DNA from: a virus | Taxonomy: Duplodnaviria; Heunggongvirae; Uroviricota; Caudoviricetes | Length of the DNA stretch: 48,200 bases | Direction: 5' to 3' (one strand) | Virus record (IMG/VR): IMGVR_UViG_2563366870_000003 | Part shown: one piece after another, positions 1 to 11,408 of the stretch | Position numbering within the stretch: position 1 is the first letter of the stretch | How the letters are laid out: the number at the start of each line of letters is the position of its first letter | The notes under the pieces: model-generated | Databases searched by the model: none | Told to the model about the DNA's origin: nothing | Seen by the model: the letters and a program-made list of their open reading frames with translations, nothing else | Position numbers and translations under genes: made by a program

Positions 1-1143
1 CTATGCTGTTTTGATATCTACGATAATCCAGTCTTTACCACGATCATCATTGTATCGGTCGGTCATTTTTCTGGATTTATGACCTAACAACTTTTGCGTA
101 TCCAGACCCTGTTCCCGATATAACCGTTCTGACAGAGATCGCTGCTCATGAAATGTGGGCGCAGTTCCTGGCTCCCATTTTATGCCACATTTTTCCCTGG
201 CCTTTTTAAAAGCCGTTGTAAGAGTATTTGCAGACACCTGGTCTCCTCTGTTTGCTTGAGAGGTAGTGTGACGGTAATGGACCAGATATTTACTAACAAC
301 AGCATCCCTGCACTGAGATATAACTTCACGAAGGGTAATATTCAGAGCATCGCATTTCAGGTTAAGCGGAATAGCAAGTTTTGAACCGGTTTTTTCCTGA
401 GTAATGTGCAACATGTCGTCCCAGATATCAGAGAATTTCAAATTGCAGATATCGCCTAAACGTTGTCCAGTGACAAGAGCAAGTAGCATCCCGCATTTTA
501 AATAGGGCTGCCGTCTGCTTACGCTGTCAAATATTGCCTGCCATTCGGGCAGTGATAATCTTTGGCGGTTTACTCGATTTCGCGGTTGTTTTGTTGCCTG
601 CGCTGGGTTAAATCCTGGCGGAACATGTCCTGCGTGTTGTGCTTCTTTGAAGACGTCGATCAACACCATTCTCACGACTTGCGCCATCCTGTTATGACCT
701 TCAGCCTTTACAGCATCAATTATTTCGGCAATATCAAGTGCGGTAATATCCTTGAGGTGTTGCATTCCACAATGCTCACGGAAAAGACGAATGGGTTTGC
801 CTTTTTGCCGATAGGAGTTGGGTCTTAGTTCATTATGTTGCAGCCTGTCCTCCTGGATAGAAATATATTTATCAAGCCATTCTGTCACCGTAATGTCTGA
901 GCGCCTGCCTTTCATTCTTTCTAGACGCTCATTGACGCTTAATATTTGTCGGGTACGTTGTTCAGCAATAATGGTATTTGCTTCAGTAGCAACTTGTTTT
1001 GCTTCATTCTCATCAGTTCCTAAGCTATGAAAACGACCGGATAGTGGATGTTTGTATTGCCAATATACCTTTCCGGTTCGCTTATCTAATTTGCAATATA
1101 AATTGGGTATAGAGATTTTGTGAGATCGGGGTCTAGCAGCCAT
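1..1143 (-). CDS. int: Phage tyrosine integrase (lambda-Int family), 380 aa; stop codon at window edge
   Basis: ORF track 380 aa; ATG at 1141-1143 (minus). C-terminal tyrosine-recombinase region (…HEQRSLSERLYREQG…LLGHKSRKMTDRYNDD) and N-terminal arm-binding-like region; position next to xis at prophage end. Confidence 0.88.
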   Translation of the reverse strand: MAARPRSHKISIPNLYCKLDKRTGKVYWQYKHPLSGRFHSLGTDENEAKQVATEANTIIAEQRTRQILSVNERLERMKGRRSDITVTEWLDKYISIQEDRLQHNELRPNSYRQKGKPIRLFREHCGMQHLKDITALDIAEIIDAVKAEGHNRMAQVVRMVLIDVFKEAQHAGHVPPGFNPAQATKQPRNRVNRQRLSLPEWQAIFDSVSRRQPYLKCGMLLALVTGQRLGDICNLKFSDIWDDMLHITQEKTGSKLAIPLNLKCDALNITLREVISQCRDAVVSKYLVHYRHTTSQANRGDQVSANTLTTAFKKAREKCGIKWEPGTAPTFHEQRSLSERLYREQGLDTQKLLGHKSRKMTDRYNDDRGKDWIIVDIKTA

Positions 1144-1369
1144 CAGCGATTATCCGTTGGAGTTTTGGGTTTGCGTTTATTGGGAGTTGCGGTTCTGCAA
1201 GCGTTCCTACAAAACGGGAATTTCGGTCAATCATCCAGTAGCGACCAACTTTTATAGCGGGTGGGGCCATCATTTTCCCTTGCGCGTATTTTTTCAGAAC
1301 TCGCTCACTTGGTGCTAAGTCCCCAAATTCTTCTTTAGCCCAGTCCTGTAAAGTGATTAGTCGAGACAT
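1133..1369 (-). CDS. xis: Excisionase (Xis-like), 78 aa
   Basis: Small ORF overlapping int start by 11 nt; strong SD (GGAGG) upstream of ATG at 1367-1369; N-terminus 'MSRLITLQDWA' resembles lambda Xis 'MYLTLQEWNA'. Confidence 0.7.
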   Translation of the reverse strand: MSRLITLQDWAKEEFGDLAPSERVLKKYAQGKMMAPPAIKVGRYWMIDRNSRFVGTLAEPQLPINANPKLQRIIADGC

Positions 1370-1508
1370 TTGTCCTCCTCTTAGCTGCTGAGGGAGTTTG
1401 TGACCGATATATCTGACATGATATTAAGCTCATGGCAGGTACATCTCTTGACTGGTCATAGAGATAAATTTAATGCTGAGAAATGCAGTATTGAATTTAT
1501 CAATTTTT

Positions 1509-1748
1509 CTATTTCCTGCGTATGGCACGTAACTTCTTAATGTGTTCTGCTGTTTCGATCTCTTCAGCTATCCGATCTGCGTCAGCTTTATTCACAGGTT
1601 CAAAGTCATGATTAAAGCGGAACATGCTGGCGATACATGTTCTGCCTTTTCGGATGTAGTGAACTTTGTTGTGAGTGGAACGCAGGATTTTGCAGGGAGT
1701 GCCGTGGTGGTCGACGTACCAGGTGTTAGGGTAAATCACTCTGAACAT
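1509..1748 (-). CDS. Hypothetical phage protein, 79 aa
   Basis: ORF track; ATG start; co-oriented with early-left operon. No recognised domain. Confidence 0.45.
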   Translation of the reverse strand: MFRVIYPNTWYVDHHGTPCKILRSTHNKVHYIRKGRTCIASMFRFNHDFEPVNKADADRIAEEIETAEHIKKLRAIRRK

Positions 1749-1773
1749 TCTTGACCTTGTGTTGTGCGGATTG

Positions 1774-2058
1774 TTATTCAGTGCCGATATTTACCTTTAT
1801 CGCGTATACCTTTACCGGTTTATCACCGAAGTGCGGATGTGTGATTGTCTTCACTTCATATCCGTCATACGGAACATCAACTCTGCGGCTGGAATCGTCG
1901 CGCTTCGGATATCCCTTTGTGATAATCAGGCGGTCATGCTTACGGTTAACGAGGCGCTTTTTCCAGTAGTCATTACACAGGCGATACTCTTCCGTTTTCT
2001 CTCCGCGAATCATGGCATCGAAGTATTCACCTTTAACGGCAAGTTGCAGGTTAGCCAC
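1774..2058 (-). CDS. Hypothetical phage protein (start uncertain; ORF extends to 2142 with TTG)
   Basis: GTG at 2056-2058 preceded by AAGGAG with 6-nt spacer; overlaps stop of upstream gene by 8 nt. No motif I can name. Confidence 0.4.
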   Translation of the reverse strand: MANLQLAVKGEYFDAMIRGEKTEEYRLCNDYWKKRLVNRKHDRLIITKGYPKRDDSSRRVDVPYDGYEVKTITHPHFGDKPVKVYAIKVNIGTE

Positions 2059-2791
2059 GGTTAACTCCTTGCTGTGTGGCGTCGAGTAATAAATCCCACA
2101 ACCGCTGAGAGCAATTTCCGCATGTACAGCGTTGACCCACAACGTTTATCGCGTTGCTGATTTCCGGCGTTACCTGTTTAGGAACCATAACCCAACCATC
2201 CGGAGTTACCGGAAGCGAGAACGGCAGCACATCTCTGTGAACAAGTTTTTGCTGTGACAGGTTATCCAGAACTTTCTGTACTGCTGCATCACCGAATACA
2301 CCAAGCGCATCTGCCATAACTCCTACAACCTGATAAGCCTCAGCGCATACCGTGGATAAACCATCCGGAATTACCGGAGAGTTGCCGGGTTCTTTAATGT
2401 GCAAGCGAGGCTCACCATCTTTTGGCTCAGGCCACTGGCGCTCCATGTTGATCTTCAATTTATCTTCCATAGCAACGGTAATTTCAGCATCGCTGATGCC
2501 AGCACGGCGCTGTGCATCCCACAACAGAAACTGCATATCAGCCCACTCGCTAAGATCGTCTGGTTCGGCTGCGGCTTCCAGTGCCTCTTTTGAGAGGTGT
2601 TTCAGTGGACCAATGGGGCCAACGCAGCCAAATGTGGAGTCAGACCATTTGGCATGCTCGTGGCGAATCTGTTCGCGTTCCAGTGATGCCAGTGCAATTC
2701 GTGCTAGTTCCATTTGTTCGCCACGAGTAAGCCCGTTTTCAAGCGGATTTTTAATGAACAATTCAATACGTTCTTTGGTAATAGTGGTCAT
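2051..2791 (-). CDS. Phage protein with MazG-like / dATP-dGTP diphosphohydrolase-type domain (DUF550-like), 246 aa
   Basis: ORF track; ATG at 2789-2791 with GAGGA SD. Region '…EWADMQFLLWDAQRRAGIS…AMEDKLKINMER' resembles MazG-type nucleotide pyrophosphohydrolase motifs. Assignment from memory. Confidence 0.5.
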   Translation of the reverse strand: MTTITKERIELFIKNPLENGLTRGEQMELARIALASLEREQIRHEHAKWSDSTFGCVGPIGPLKHLSKEALEAAAEPDDLSEWADMQFLLWDAQRRAGISDAEITVAMEDKLKINMERQWPEPKDGEPRLHIKEPGNSPVIPDGLSTVCAEAYQVVGVMADALGVFGDAAVQKVLDNLSQQKLVHRDVLPFSLPVTPDGWVMVPKQVTPEISNAINVVGQRCTCGNCSQRLWDLLLDATQQGVNRG

Positions 2792-2997
2792 GTGTTAATC
2801 CTCAAAACTTTATGCCCGGGCGCAAAAGTACGTGTTTTGTCTTTGCTTATTCGCCACCCGTCTTTACGGGCCTCTTTTGCACAACCAGACCATGACGTAC
2901 CGATATACTCACCGAAGTCTGGCACTGGATATACACCTTCCGTACACTGGCGACAATCACAATAGAGATGCATGGTGTAACTTGCGGCAATAGCCAT
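2788..2997 (-). CDS. Small Cys-rich hypothetical protein (69 aa from ATG at 2997; ORF extends to 3039)
   Basis: ATG at 2995-2997 one nt after upstream stop (TGAtATG); alternative ATG at 3039. Contains C-x-C-x2-C. Confidence 0.4.
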   Translation of the reverse strand: MAIAASYTMHLYCDCRQCTEGVYPVPDFGEYIGTSWSGCAKEARKDGWRISKDKTRTFAPGHKVLRINT

Positions 2998-2998
2998 A

Positions 2999-3532
2999 TC
3001 ACTCTCTTTTTCCCTGAAGCATGGCAGCGTGGCAGGCATCCTCTACGCCCTTAACTGCATCTGCGCAGTAGTTATAGCGATTGCATTCCACTAACTTCTG
3101 CCTGAGATTTTCAATTGCTTGCGCGACATCAGCCTGTATTACAGGAACTGGCGGAACGGCTGTCTGCTGCTCTCGAACGTCATTAGTCGCTATCGGTTCT
3201 GCTGCCAACTGACTGGCATATTTGTTAATGGTAACGATAAGCTCTTGCTCAGCCTCATCCAGACAATCACCGATACCTCGCCTGTCGCCGTCAAAATCAT
3301 CGAAATCAGCACGAACTCTGGCAAATTTCAGGATTGCGGACAACACCTCACCAGGAATTACCGGAGAGTTGGTTGACGTTTCCGAAATTTCCCGAAAATT
3401 ATTGGTTGACGAATTCGCGTTTTCCCGAAAGTTTCCGGCATGAAGCATAGCCGCGCGGCAGGCGTTCCAGCCTCTCACCTCTGCAATAGCGGCAACAGCA
3501 TCGACCGCGTACATGCTAAGAGGGTTAGGCAT
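2999..3532 (-). CDS. Hypothetical phage protein (start uncertain; ORF extends to 3607 with TTG)
   Basis: ORF track 202 aa with non-ATG first codon; in-frame ATGs at 3532 and 3514. Confidence 0.4.
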   Translation of the reverse strand: MPNPLSMYAVDAVAAIAEVRGWNACRAAMLHAGNFRENANSSTNNFREISETSTNSPVIPGEVLSAILKFARVRADFDDFDGDRRGIGDCLDEAEQELIVTINKYASQLAAEPIATNDVREQQTAVPPVPVIQADVAQAIENLRQKLVECNRYNYCADAVKGVEDACHAAMLQGKRE

Positions 3533-3549
3533 TGGTTTTTCTTCAGGTA

Positions 3550-3804
3550 CTACTGGCACTGGCTTGGCATATATAGCGGCTGAACATACCAACCCTTTGA
3601 TAACCAACTGTCAGCAATGTTTTTACTCCTCGTTATTGCCGGAATACCTAAGCCATTGTCTGAATGCAGCCATGCCACCGGATTCTCTTCCAGCGATGCC
3701 AGAGCAATTTCATAAGCCCGGCGCTCAACATTGTCTCGCACATCCAAACTGCTGATACGCTCTTTGATTTCTTTAATCAGTTCTTTGTCGGTAAAAGTGC
3801 TCAT
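3550..3804 (-). CDS. Hypothetical phage protein, 84 aa
   Basis: ATG at 3802-3804 with GGAG SD, immediately after upstream stop. Shares an '…ALASLE…' N-terminal motif with the 2051-2791 product. Confidence 0.45.
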   Translation of the reverse strand: MSTFTDKELIKEIKERISSLDVRDNVERRAYEIALASLEENPVAWLHSDNGLGIPAITRSKNIADSWLSKGWYVQPLYMPSQCQ

Positions 3805-3805
3805 A

Positions 3806-4570
3806 TCAATCTCCATTGGTATCAATGTTTACAGCCTGACAAGACTCTTTGAGCACCCAGTCAATAGCGTCTTTCCATGCCTCTGTTTCGACTGGTGGAT
3901 TTTCACGCTTAACCTGTTCATAGAAGCGCACTGCTTTAACCAGTCCTTCCGGTACTACTGGTGATGGCTGTTTAGCTTCTAAATCAGCAATTCTGTCAAC
4001 CACGGCATCGACAGCATCTGAAAAGCCGAACCAGTTGCTCCACTCCGGCTCATCCCCGGTTGCTGCAAAGTACATATCTGCTAAAGCAGATTCAGCATGG
4101 TCACGCTCGTTAATGAGTTGCTCTTCGCTTTTCTCCAGTTCAGCAATACGCTTACCCCCATCCGAGATAACACCTTCGTAATACTCACGCTGCTCGTTGA
4201 GTTTTGATTTTGTCTCCTCAAGCTCAACTCTCAGCTTCCCAACAGTAAGAGCAATATCCTCGTTCTCCTGGTCGCGGCGTTTTATGTATTGCTGGTTTCT
4301 TTCCCGTTCATCCAGCAGTGCCAGCACAGTAGCCGGATTGGCTGCGGCGATGAATTCAGCATTGGCCTGCTGTTCCATTTGGAAATCTTCATCGAAACCG
4401 CTTTCTGGATGCGCTCCTTCAATTCTGCAAATGGGAATATATCCAGCAACTTCACGATGAATTAGCGCATAATCACCATCAAATCGGCTCTCTCCATATT
4501 CGAGCGACCACTCACCACACGTTGCTTTTTCTGCCGCTTCACGCAGTGCCTGATAGTTAATTTCGCTCAC
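3806..4570 (-). CDS. Ead/Ea22-like protein, 254 aa
   Basis: ORF track; GTG start overlapping upstream stop (GTGA); acidic coiled-coil-rich sequence at the position of lambda ea22. Confidence 0.55.
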   Translation of the reverse strand: MSEINYQALREAAEKATCGEWSLEYGESRFDGDYALIHREVAGYIPICRIEGAHPESGFDEDFQMEQQANAEFIAAANPATVLALLDERERNQQYIKRRDQENEDIALTVGKLRVELEETKSKLNEQREYYEGVISDGGKRIAELEKSEEQLINERDHAESALADMYFAATGDEPEWSNWFGFSDAVDAVVDRIADLEAKQPSPVVPEGLVKAVRFYEQVKRENPPVETEAWKDAIDWVLKESCQAVNIDTNGD

Positions 4571-4788
4571 TTCGAACCTCTCTGTTTACTGATAAGCTCC
4601 AGATCCTCCTGGCAACTTGCACAAGTCCGACAACCCTGAACGACCAGGCGTCTTCGTTCATCTATGGGATCGCCACACTCACAACAATGAGTGGCGGATA
4701 TAGTCTGGTAGTTCAGACGACGCATTTTTATTGCTGTATTGCGCTGTAATTCTTCAATTTCTGATGCTGAATCAATGATGTCCGCCAT
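4567..4788 (-). CDS. TraR/DksA-family C4 zinc-finger protein, 73 aa
   Basis: ORF track; ATG at 4786-4788; C-x2-C…C-x2-C motif (HCCECGDPI…CRTCASC). Confidence 0.6.
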   Translation of the reverse strand: MADIIDSASEIEELQRNTAIKMRRLNYQTISATHCCECGDPIDERRRLVVQGCRTCASCQEDLELISKQRGSK

Positions 4789-4886
4789 CTTTCATTAATC
4801 CCTGAATTGTTGGTTAATACGCTTGAGGGTGAATGCGAATAATAAAAAAGGAGCCTGTAGCTCCCTGATGATTTTGCTTTTCATGT

Positions 4887-5168
4887 TCACCGTTCCTTAA
4901 AGACGCCGTTTAACATGCCGATCGCCAGGCTTAAATGAGTCGGTGTGAATCCCATCAGCGTTACCGTTTCGCGGTGCTTCTTTAGTACGCTACGGCAAAT
5001 GTCATCGACGTTTTTATCCGGAAACTGCTGTCTGGCTTTTTTGATTTCAGAATTAGCCTGACGGGCAATGCTGCGAAGGGCGTTTTCTTGCTGAGGTGTC
5101 ACTGAACAAGCCCCATGTCGGCAAGCATAAGCACACAGAATATGAAGCCCGCTGCCAGAAAAATGCAT
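4887..5168 (-). CDS. Hypothetical protein in lambda orf61 position, 93 aa
   Basis: ORF track; ATG at 5166-5168. Confidence 0.4.
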   Translation of the reverse strand: MHFSGSGLHILCAYACRHGACSVTPQQENALRSIARQANSEIKKARQQFPDKNVDDICRSVLKKHRETVTLMGFTPTHLSLAIGMLNGVFKER

Positions 5169-5178
5169 TCAGTGGTTG

Positions 5179-5370
5179 TCATACCTGGTCTCTCTCATCT
5201 GCTTCTGCTTTCGCCACCATCATTTCCAGCTTTTGTGAAAGGGATGTGGCTAACGTATGAAATTCTTCGTCTGTTTCTACTGGTATTGGCACAAACCTGA
5301 CTCCAATTTGAGCAAGGCTATGTGCCATCTCAATACTCGTTCTTAACTCAACAGGAGATGCTTTGTGCAT
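5179..5370 (-). CDS. Lambda orf63-like small protein, 63 aa
   Basis: ORF track; ATG at 5368-5370; position and size match lambda orf63 between exo and ea22. Confidence 0.5.
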   Translation of the reverse strand: MHKASPVELRTSIEMAHSLAQIGVRFVPIPVETDEEFHTLATSLSQKLEMMVAKAEADERDQV

Positions 5371-5520
5371 ACCGCCTCCCGTTTATTATTTATCTTCTCA
5401 GCCAGCCGCTGTGCTTTCAGTGGATTTCTGATAACAGAAAGGCCGGGAAATACCCAGCCTTGTCAACGCCACGATGTTTGACCGTTATTTGCCATTTTCA
5501 TGCCCGCTAAGATACTTTCG

Positions 5521-7490
<1,970 letters not shown>

Positions 7491-7656
7491 GTTGATGTCC
7501 TTTCTGGTGTGAGAACCTTAAGGAAACAACATGTTGGGTGGAGCGGACAATCCAAATGGTGAATTACCGTCTTATATCACTGGCGCTGACAGCCTCGCTT
7601 TGTAACGGAGTAGACGAAAGTGATCGCGCCTACCCGGATATTATCGTGAGGATGCG

Positions 7657-8337
7657 TCATCGCCATTGCTCCCCAAATACAAAACTAATTTCAGCCAGTG
7701 CCTCGTCCATTTTTTCGATGAACTCCGGCACCATCTCGTCAAAACTCGCCATGTACTTTTCATCCCGCTCAACCACGACATAATGCAGTCCTTCACGCTT
7801 CATACGCGGGTCATAGTTGGCAAAGTACCAGGCATCTTTTCGCGTCACCCACATGCTGTACTGCACCTGGGCCATGTAAGCCGATTTTATGGCCTCGAAA
7901 CCACCGAGCCGGAACTTCATGAAATCCCGGGAGGTAAACGGGCATTTCAGCTCAAGGCCGTTGCCGTCACTGCATAAACCATCGGGAGAGCAGGCGGTGC
8001 GCATACTTTCGTCGCGATAGATGATCGGGGATTCAGTAACATTCACGCCGGAAGTAAACTCAAACAGGGCTCTGGCGTCGTTCTCGTACTGTTTTCCCCA
8101 AGCCAGCGCCTTAGCGTTAACTTCCGGAGCCACACCGGTGCAAACCTCAGCAAGCAGGGTGTGGAAGTAGGACATTTTCATGTCAGGCCATTTCTTTCCG
8201 GAGCGGGGTTTTGCTATCACGTTGTGAACTTCTGAAGCGGTGATGACGCCGAGCCGTAATTTGTGCCATGCATCATCCCCCTGTTCGACAGCTCTCACGT
8301 CGATCCCGGTACGCTGCAGGATAATGTCCGGTGTCAT
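7657..8337 (-). CDS. exo: Lambda exonuclease (Red-alpha), 226 aa
   Basis: Sequence reads as near-identical to lambda Exo ([40 protein letters not shown]…) from memory; ATGA overlap with bet. Confidence 0.95.
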   Translation of the reverse strand: MTPDIILQRTGIDVRAVEQGDDAWHKLRLGVITASEVHNVIAKPRSGKKWPDMKMSYFHTLLAEVCTGVAPEVNAKALAWGKQYENDARALFEFTSGVNVTESPIIYRDESMRTACSPDGLCSDGNGLELKCPFTSRDFMKFRLGGFEAIKSAYMAQVQYSMWVTRKDAWYFANYDPRMKREGLHYVVVERDEKYMASFDEMVPEFIEKMDEALAEISFVFGEQWR

Positions 8338-9119
8338 GCTGCCACCTTCTGCTCAGTGGCTTTCTGTTTCAGGAATCCAAGAGCTTTCACTGCTTCGGCC
8401 TGTGTCAGTTCTGACGATGCGCGAATGTCGCGGCGAAATATCTGGGAACAGAGCGGCAATAAGTCGTCATCCCATGTTTTATCCAGGGCGATCAGCAGAG
8501 TGTTAATCTCCTGCATGGTTTCATCGTTAACCGGAGTGATGTCGCGTTCCGGCTGACGTTCTGCAGTGTATGCGGTATTTTCGACAATGCGCTCGGCTTC
8601 ATCCTTGTCATAGATACCAGCAAATCCGAAGGCGAGACGGGCACACTGAATCATGGCTTTATGCCGTAACATCCGTTTGGGATGCGACTGCCACGGCCCC
8701 GTGATTTCTCTGCCTTCGCGGGTTTTGAATGGTTCGCGGCGGCATTCATCCATCCACTCGGTAACGCAGATCGGATGATTGCGGTCTTTGCGGTAAATCC
8801 GGCATGTACATGATTCATTGTCCTGCTCAAAGTCCATACCATCAAACTGCTGGTTTTCATTGATGATGCGGGACCAGCCATCAACGCCCACCACCGGAAC
8901 AATGCCGTTCTGCTTATCAGGGAAGGCGTAAATTTCTTTCGTCCACGGATTAAGGCCGTACTGGTTGGCGACGATCAACAATGCGATGAACTGCGCATCG
9001 CTGGCATCACCTTTAAATGCCGTCTGGCGAAGAGTGGTGATCAGTTCCTGTGGGTCGACAGAATCCATGCCGACACGTTCAGCCAGCTTCCCTGCCAGCG
9101 TTGCGAGTGCTGTACTCAT
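8334..9119 (-). CDS. bet: Lambda Bet single-strand annealing protein (Red-beta), 261 aa
   Basis: Reads as near-identical to lambda Bet ([37 protein letters not shown]…) from memory. Confidence 0.95.
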   Translation of the reverse strand: MSTALATLAGKLAERVGMDSVDPQELITTLRQTAFKGDASDAQFIALLIVANQYGLNPWTKEIYAFPDKQNGIVPVVGVDGWSRIINENQQFDGMDFEQDNESCTCRIYRKDRNHPICVTEWMDECRREPFKTREGREITGPWQSHPKRMLRHKAMIQCARLAFGFAGIYDKDEAERIVENTAYTAERQPERDITPVNDETMQEINTLLIALDKTWDDDLLPLCSQIFRRDIRASSELTQAEAVKALGFLKQKATEQKVAA

Positions 9120-9124
9120 CCGTT

Positions 9125-9421
9125 TTATACCTCTGAATCAATATCAGCCTGATGGTGAGCAATGGTTTCAACTATGTACCGGATGTGTTCTGCCATGCGC
9201 TCCTGAAACTCAACATCGTCATCAAACGCACGGGTAATGGCTTTTTTGCTGGCCCCGTGGCGTTGTAAATGATCGATGCATAGCGATTCAAACAGGTGCT
9301 GGGGCAGGCCTTTTTCCATGTCGTCTGCCAGTTCTGCCTCTTTCTCTTCACGGGCGATCTGCTGGTAGTGACGCGCCCAGCTCTGAGCCTCAAGACGATC
9401 CTGAATGTAATAAGCGTTCAT
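9125..9421 (-). CDS. gam: Gam (RecBCD inhibitor), short 98-aa form
   Basis: [56 protein letters not shown]… matches lambda Gam residues 41-138; the N-terminal extension is in another frame (see findings). Confidence 0.9.
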   Translation of the reverse strand: MNAYYIQDRLEAQSWARHYQQIAREEKEAELADDMEKGLPQHLFESLCIDHLQRHGASKKAITRAFDDDVEFQERMAEHIRYIVETIAHHQADIDSEV

Positions 9422-9496
9422 GGCTGAACTCCTGAAAATGGCTGTGAAAATATCGCCCGCGAAATGCCAGGCTGATTAGGAAAACAGGAAAGGGGG

Positions 9497-9640
9497 TTAG
9501 TGAATGCTTTTGCTTGATCTCAGTTTCAGTATTAATATCCATTTTTTATAAGCGTCGACGGCCTCACGAAACATCTTTTCATCGCCAATAAAAGTGGCGA
9601 TAGTGAATTTAGTCTGGATAGCCATAATTGTTTGATCCAT
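9497..9640 (-). CDS. kil: Kil (host-killing / FtsZ inhibitor), 47 aa
   Basis: In-frame ATG at 9638-9640 inside the 89-aa track ORF gives [47 protein letters not shown]; overlaps cIII by 32 nt as in lambda. Confidence 0.7.
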   Translation of the reverse strand: MDQTIMAIQTKFTIATFIGDEKMFREAVDAYKKWILILKLRSSKSIH

Positions 9641-9773
9641 TTTTTGGGACTCCTGGCTGATTAAGTATGTCGATAAGGCGTTTCCATCCGTCACGTAATT
9701 TACGGGTGATTCGTTCAAGTAAAGATTCGGAAGGGCAGCCAGCAACAGGCCACCCTGCAATGGCATATTGCAT
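9609..9773 (-). CDS. cIII: cIII (inhibitor of FtsH-mediated CII degradation), 54 aa
   Basis: Not in ORF track (<60 aa). Manual translation from ATG 9771-9773: [54 protein letters not shown]. Confidence 0.8.
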   Translation of the reverse strand: MQYAIAGWPVAGCPSESLLERITRKLRDGWKRLIDILNQPGVPKNGSNNYGYPD

Positions 9774-9845
9774 GGTGTGCTCCTTATTTATACATAACGA
9801 AAAACGCCTCGAGTGAAGCGTAATTGGTATGCGGTAACGCCGCGC

Positions 9846-10214
9846 TCAGGCGGCCTTGATAGTCATATCATCTGAATCAAATATTCCTGATGTATCGATA
9901 TCGGTAATTCTTATTCCTTCACTACCATCCATTGGAGGCCATCCTTCCTGACCATTTCCATCATTCCAGTCGAACTCACACACAACACCATATGCATTTA
10001 AGTCGCTTGAAATTGCTATAAGCAGAGCATGTTGCGCCAGCATGATTAATACAGCATTTAATACAGAGCCGTGTTTATTGAGTCGGTATTCAGAGTCTGA
10101 CCAGAAATTATTAATCTGGTGAAGTTTTTCCTCTGTCATTACGTCATGGTCAATTTCAATTTCTATTGATGCTTTCCAGTCGTAATCAATGATGTATTTT
10201 TTGATGTTTGACAT
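9846..10214 (-). CDS. ea10: Ea10-like protein, 122 aa
   Basis: ORF track 122 aa at the lambda ea10 position between cIII and ral; ATG at 10212-10214. Confidence 0.7.
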   Translation of the reverse strand: MSNIKKYIIDYDWKASIEIEIDHDVMTEEKLHQINNFWSDSEYRLNKHGSVLNAVLIMLAQHALLIAISSDLNAYGVVCEFDWNDGNGQEGWPPMDGSEGIRITDIDTSGIFDSDDMTIKAA

Positions 10215-10232
10215 CTATTCATATCCTCATAG

Positions 10233-10260
10233 ATAAAAAATCGCCCTCACACTGGAGGGC
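10233..10260 (-). terminator. Intrinsic terminator between ral and ea10 (tL-type)
   Basis: Perfect hairpin GCCCTC-ACACTG-GAGGGC (10243-10260); minus-strand RNA follows with UUUUUU (plus-strand A-run 10235-10240). Confidence 0.5.
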
Positions 10261-10396
10261 AAAGAAGATTTCCAATAATCAGAACAAGTCGGCTCCTGTT
10301 TAGTTACGAGCGACATTGCTCCGTGTATTCACTCGTTGGAATGAATACACAGTGCAGTGTTTATTCTGTTATTTATGCCAAAAATAAAGGCCACTA

Positions 10397-10597
10397 TCAG
10401 GCAGCTTTGTTGTTCTGTTTACCAAGTTCTCTGGCAATCATTGCCGTCGTTCGTATTGCCCATTTATCGACATATTTCCCATCTTCCATTACAGGAAACA
10501 TTTCTTCAGGCTTAACCATGCATTCCGATTGCAGCTTGCATCCATTGCATCGTTTGAATTGTCCACACCATTGATTTGTATCAATAGTCGTAGTCAT
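10397..10597 (-). CDS. ral: Ral (restriction alleviation), 66 aa
   Basis: MTTTIDTNQWCGQFKRCNGCKLQSECMVKPEEMFPVMEDGKYVDKWAIRTTAMIARELGKQNNKAA; matches lambda Ral from memory. Confidence 0.85.
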   Translation of the reverse strand: MTTTIDTNQWCGQFKRCNGCKLQSECMVKPEEMFPVMEDGKYVDKWAIRTTAMIARELGKQNNKAA

Positions 10598-10667
10598 ACG
10601 GATAGTCCTGGTATTGTTCCATCACATCTTGAGGATGCTCTTCGAACTCTTCAAATTCTTCTTCCAT
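10581..10667 (-). CDS. orf28-like acidic micro-protein, 28 aa
   Basis: Manual translation MEEEFEEFEEHPQDVMEQYQDYPYDYDY*; overlaps ral start by 17 nt, the same arrangement as lambda orf28. Confidence 0.4.
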   Translation of the reverse strand: MEEEFEEFEEHPQDVMEQYQDYPYDYDY

Positions 10668-10810
10668 ATATCACCTTAAATAGTGGATTGCGGTAGTAAA
10701 GATTGTGCCTGTCTTTTAACCACATCAGGCTCGGTGGTTCTCGTGTACCCCTACAACGAGAAATCGGATAAACTCTATTCACCCCTACAGAGAGCAAAAG
10801 AGAAACGCCG

Positions 10811-11392
10811 ATGAACAACTCATGGTGGCAGGAACTAATGCATTTTTTCCTGCAAGGAATGACACTTAAACAGTTGATTCATATGCTAATCATCCTGATC
10901 ATATTGATTATTGTTATGCCGGTAAGCGTAAAAGAATGGATAAACCTGCATAGTCCAGAAATCCTTCCTCATTACTGGATGTATTACATCCTGTTGTTTT
11001 GCGTTAGCTATGTGCTTAACGGCGTTGTTAATTCCGCTTATCACGCTGTGACTGAAAGAATTGAGGTATTCGCTGCTCAGAAGCGCAAATCTAAAGAAGA
11101 AAAATATGTGCAAGATTTGTTTGATTCGTTAACTCTTGGAGAAAGAGCGTATTTGGCATTCGCTGTAGCCGCTAATAACCAGCTACAAACGGAAAAGGGC
11201 GCTCATGAATCAATTTCATTGCTCAAAAAAGGACTCCTCGTTCGAAGGCCTCCTGCTGTTGGATATCCTGATACCGACCGTTTCGTTATCCCTGAAAGCT
11301 ATAGACATGAGTGCTACATTAGGTTTGCCGGGAAGGCAGACAGCCTTATGGATGAACTTATCGCTCAGGATAAGCATGGCAAAAACAAGTAA
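10811..11392 (+). CDS. sieB: Superinfection exclusion protein B, 193 aa
   Basis: ORF track; hydrophobic N-terminal segments (LIHMLIILIILIIVMPV); matches lambda SieB from memory. Confidence 0.85.
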   Translation: MNNSWWQELMHFFLQGMTLKQLIHMLIILIILIIVMPVSVKEWINLHSPEILPHYWMYYILLFCVSYVLNGVVNSAYHAVTERIEVFAAQKRKSKEEKYVQDLFDSLTLGERAYLAFAVAANNQLQTEKGAHESISLLKKGLLVRRPPAVGYPDTDRFVIPESYRHECYIRFAGKADSLMDELIAQDKHGKNK

Positions 11393-11408
11393 TTAGCAAA
11401 TGAATTTA

